Part shown: positions 38,872 to 38,904 of the stretch, piece after piece
Position numbering within the stretch: position 1 is the first letter of the stretch
Layout of the letters: each line of letters starts with the position of its first letter
Assembly (NCBI GenBank): GCA_050329975.1
Contig: JBHJOG010000137.1
Coordinates: 1-38,904 of the forward strand
Length of the DNA: 38,904 nt
Reading direction: 5' to 3'
DNA from: Alphaproteobacteria bacterium
GTDB taxonomy: Bacteria > Pseudomonadota > Alphaproteobacteria > CALKHQ01
Program-made: the position numbers and the translations under genes
Notes under the pieces: generated by a model
Seen by the model: only the letters and a program-made list of their open reading frames with translations
Told to the model about the DNA's origin: nothing
The model's database searches: none

Positions 38872-38904
38872 GAGGACCTCCTGCCTGGATGGTGCGCCGG
38901 ACAT

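Noticed and set aside
1-38904. CRISPR arrays, IS elements, integrases, toxin-antitoxin pairs or known defence-system genes
   Set aside because: Read both strands: no direct-repeat/spacer periodicity, no transposase- or integrase-like ORFs, no restriction-modification, Abi or nuclease-ATPase pairs. DUF488 and NYN proteins were considered as defence candidates, but each is a single gene without partners.

Overview
High-GC (about 68%) bacterial chromosomal window; the gene content suggests an alphaproteobacterium, possibly Sphingomonadales, but that is inference only. Most of it is housekeeping. There is a conserved core operon rpoZ-rsh-acpS-lepB-rnc-era-recO, with a YnjBCD-like ABC transporter inserted between era and recO. 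Also present are proS, parC, msrA, an SPFH protein, a PAS hybrid histidine kinase with a convergent OmpR-type regulator, a family-4 uracil-DNA glycosylase and an NYN-domain protein with a polyacidic tail. Two sugar-oxidation modules (ThuA/ThuB-like plus a divergent Wzx-like flippase; Gfo/Idh/MocA plus MFS) and several small exported proteins are present, including an Ivy-like lysozyme inhibitor. Two tandem Flp pilin genes with duplicated terminators sit at the 3' edge. I found no CRISPR array, IS element or recognisable defence operon. The most unusual locus is a minus-strand tRNA(Ile-GAU)-like gene followed 3 nt away by a degenerate tRNA-like element, flanked by AT-rich palindromes. Antisense ORFs in the track overlapping real genes are treated as high-GC artefacts. 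All coordinates come from the ORF track plus codon arithmetic, so starts are approximate by a few codons.
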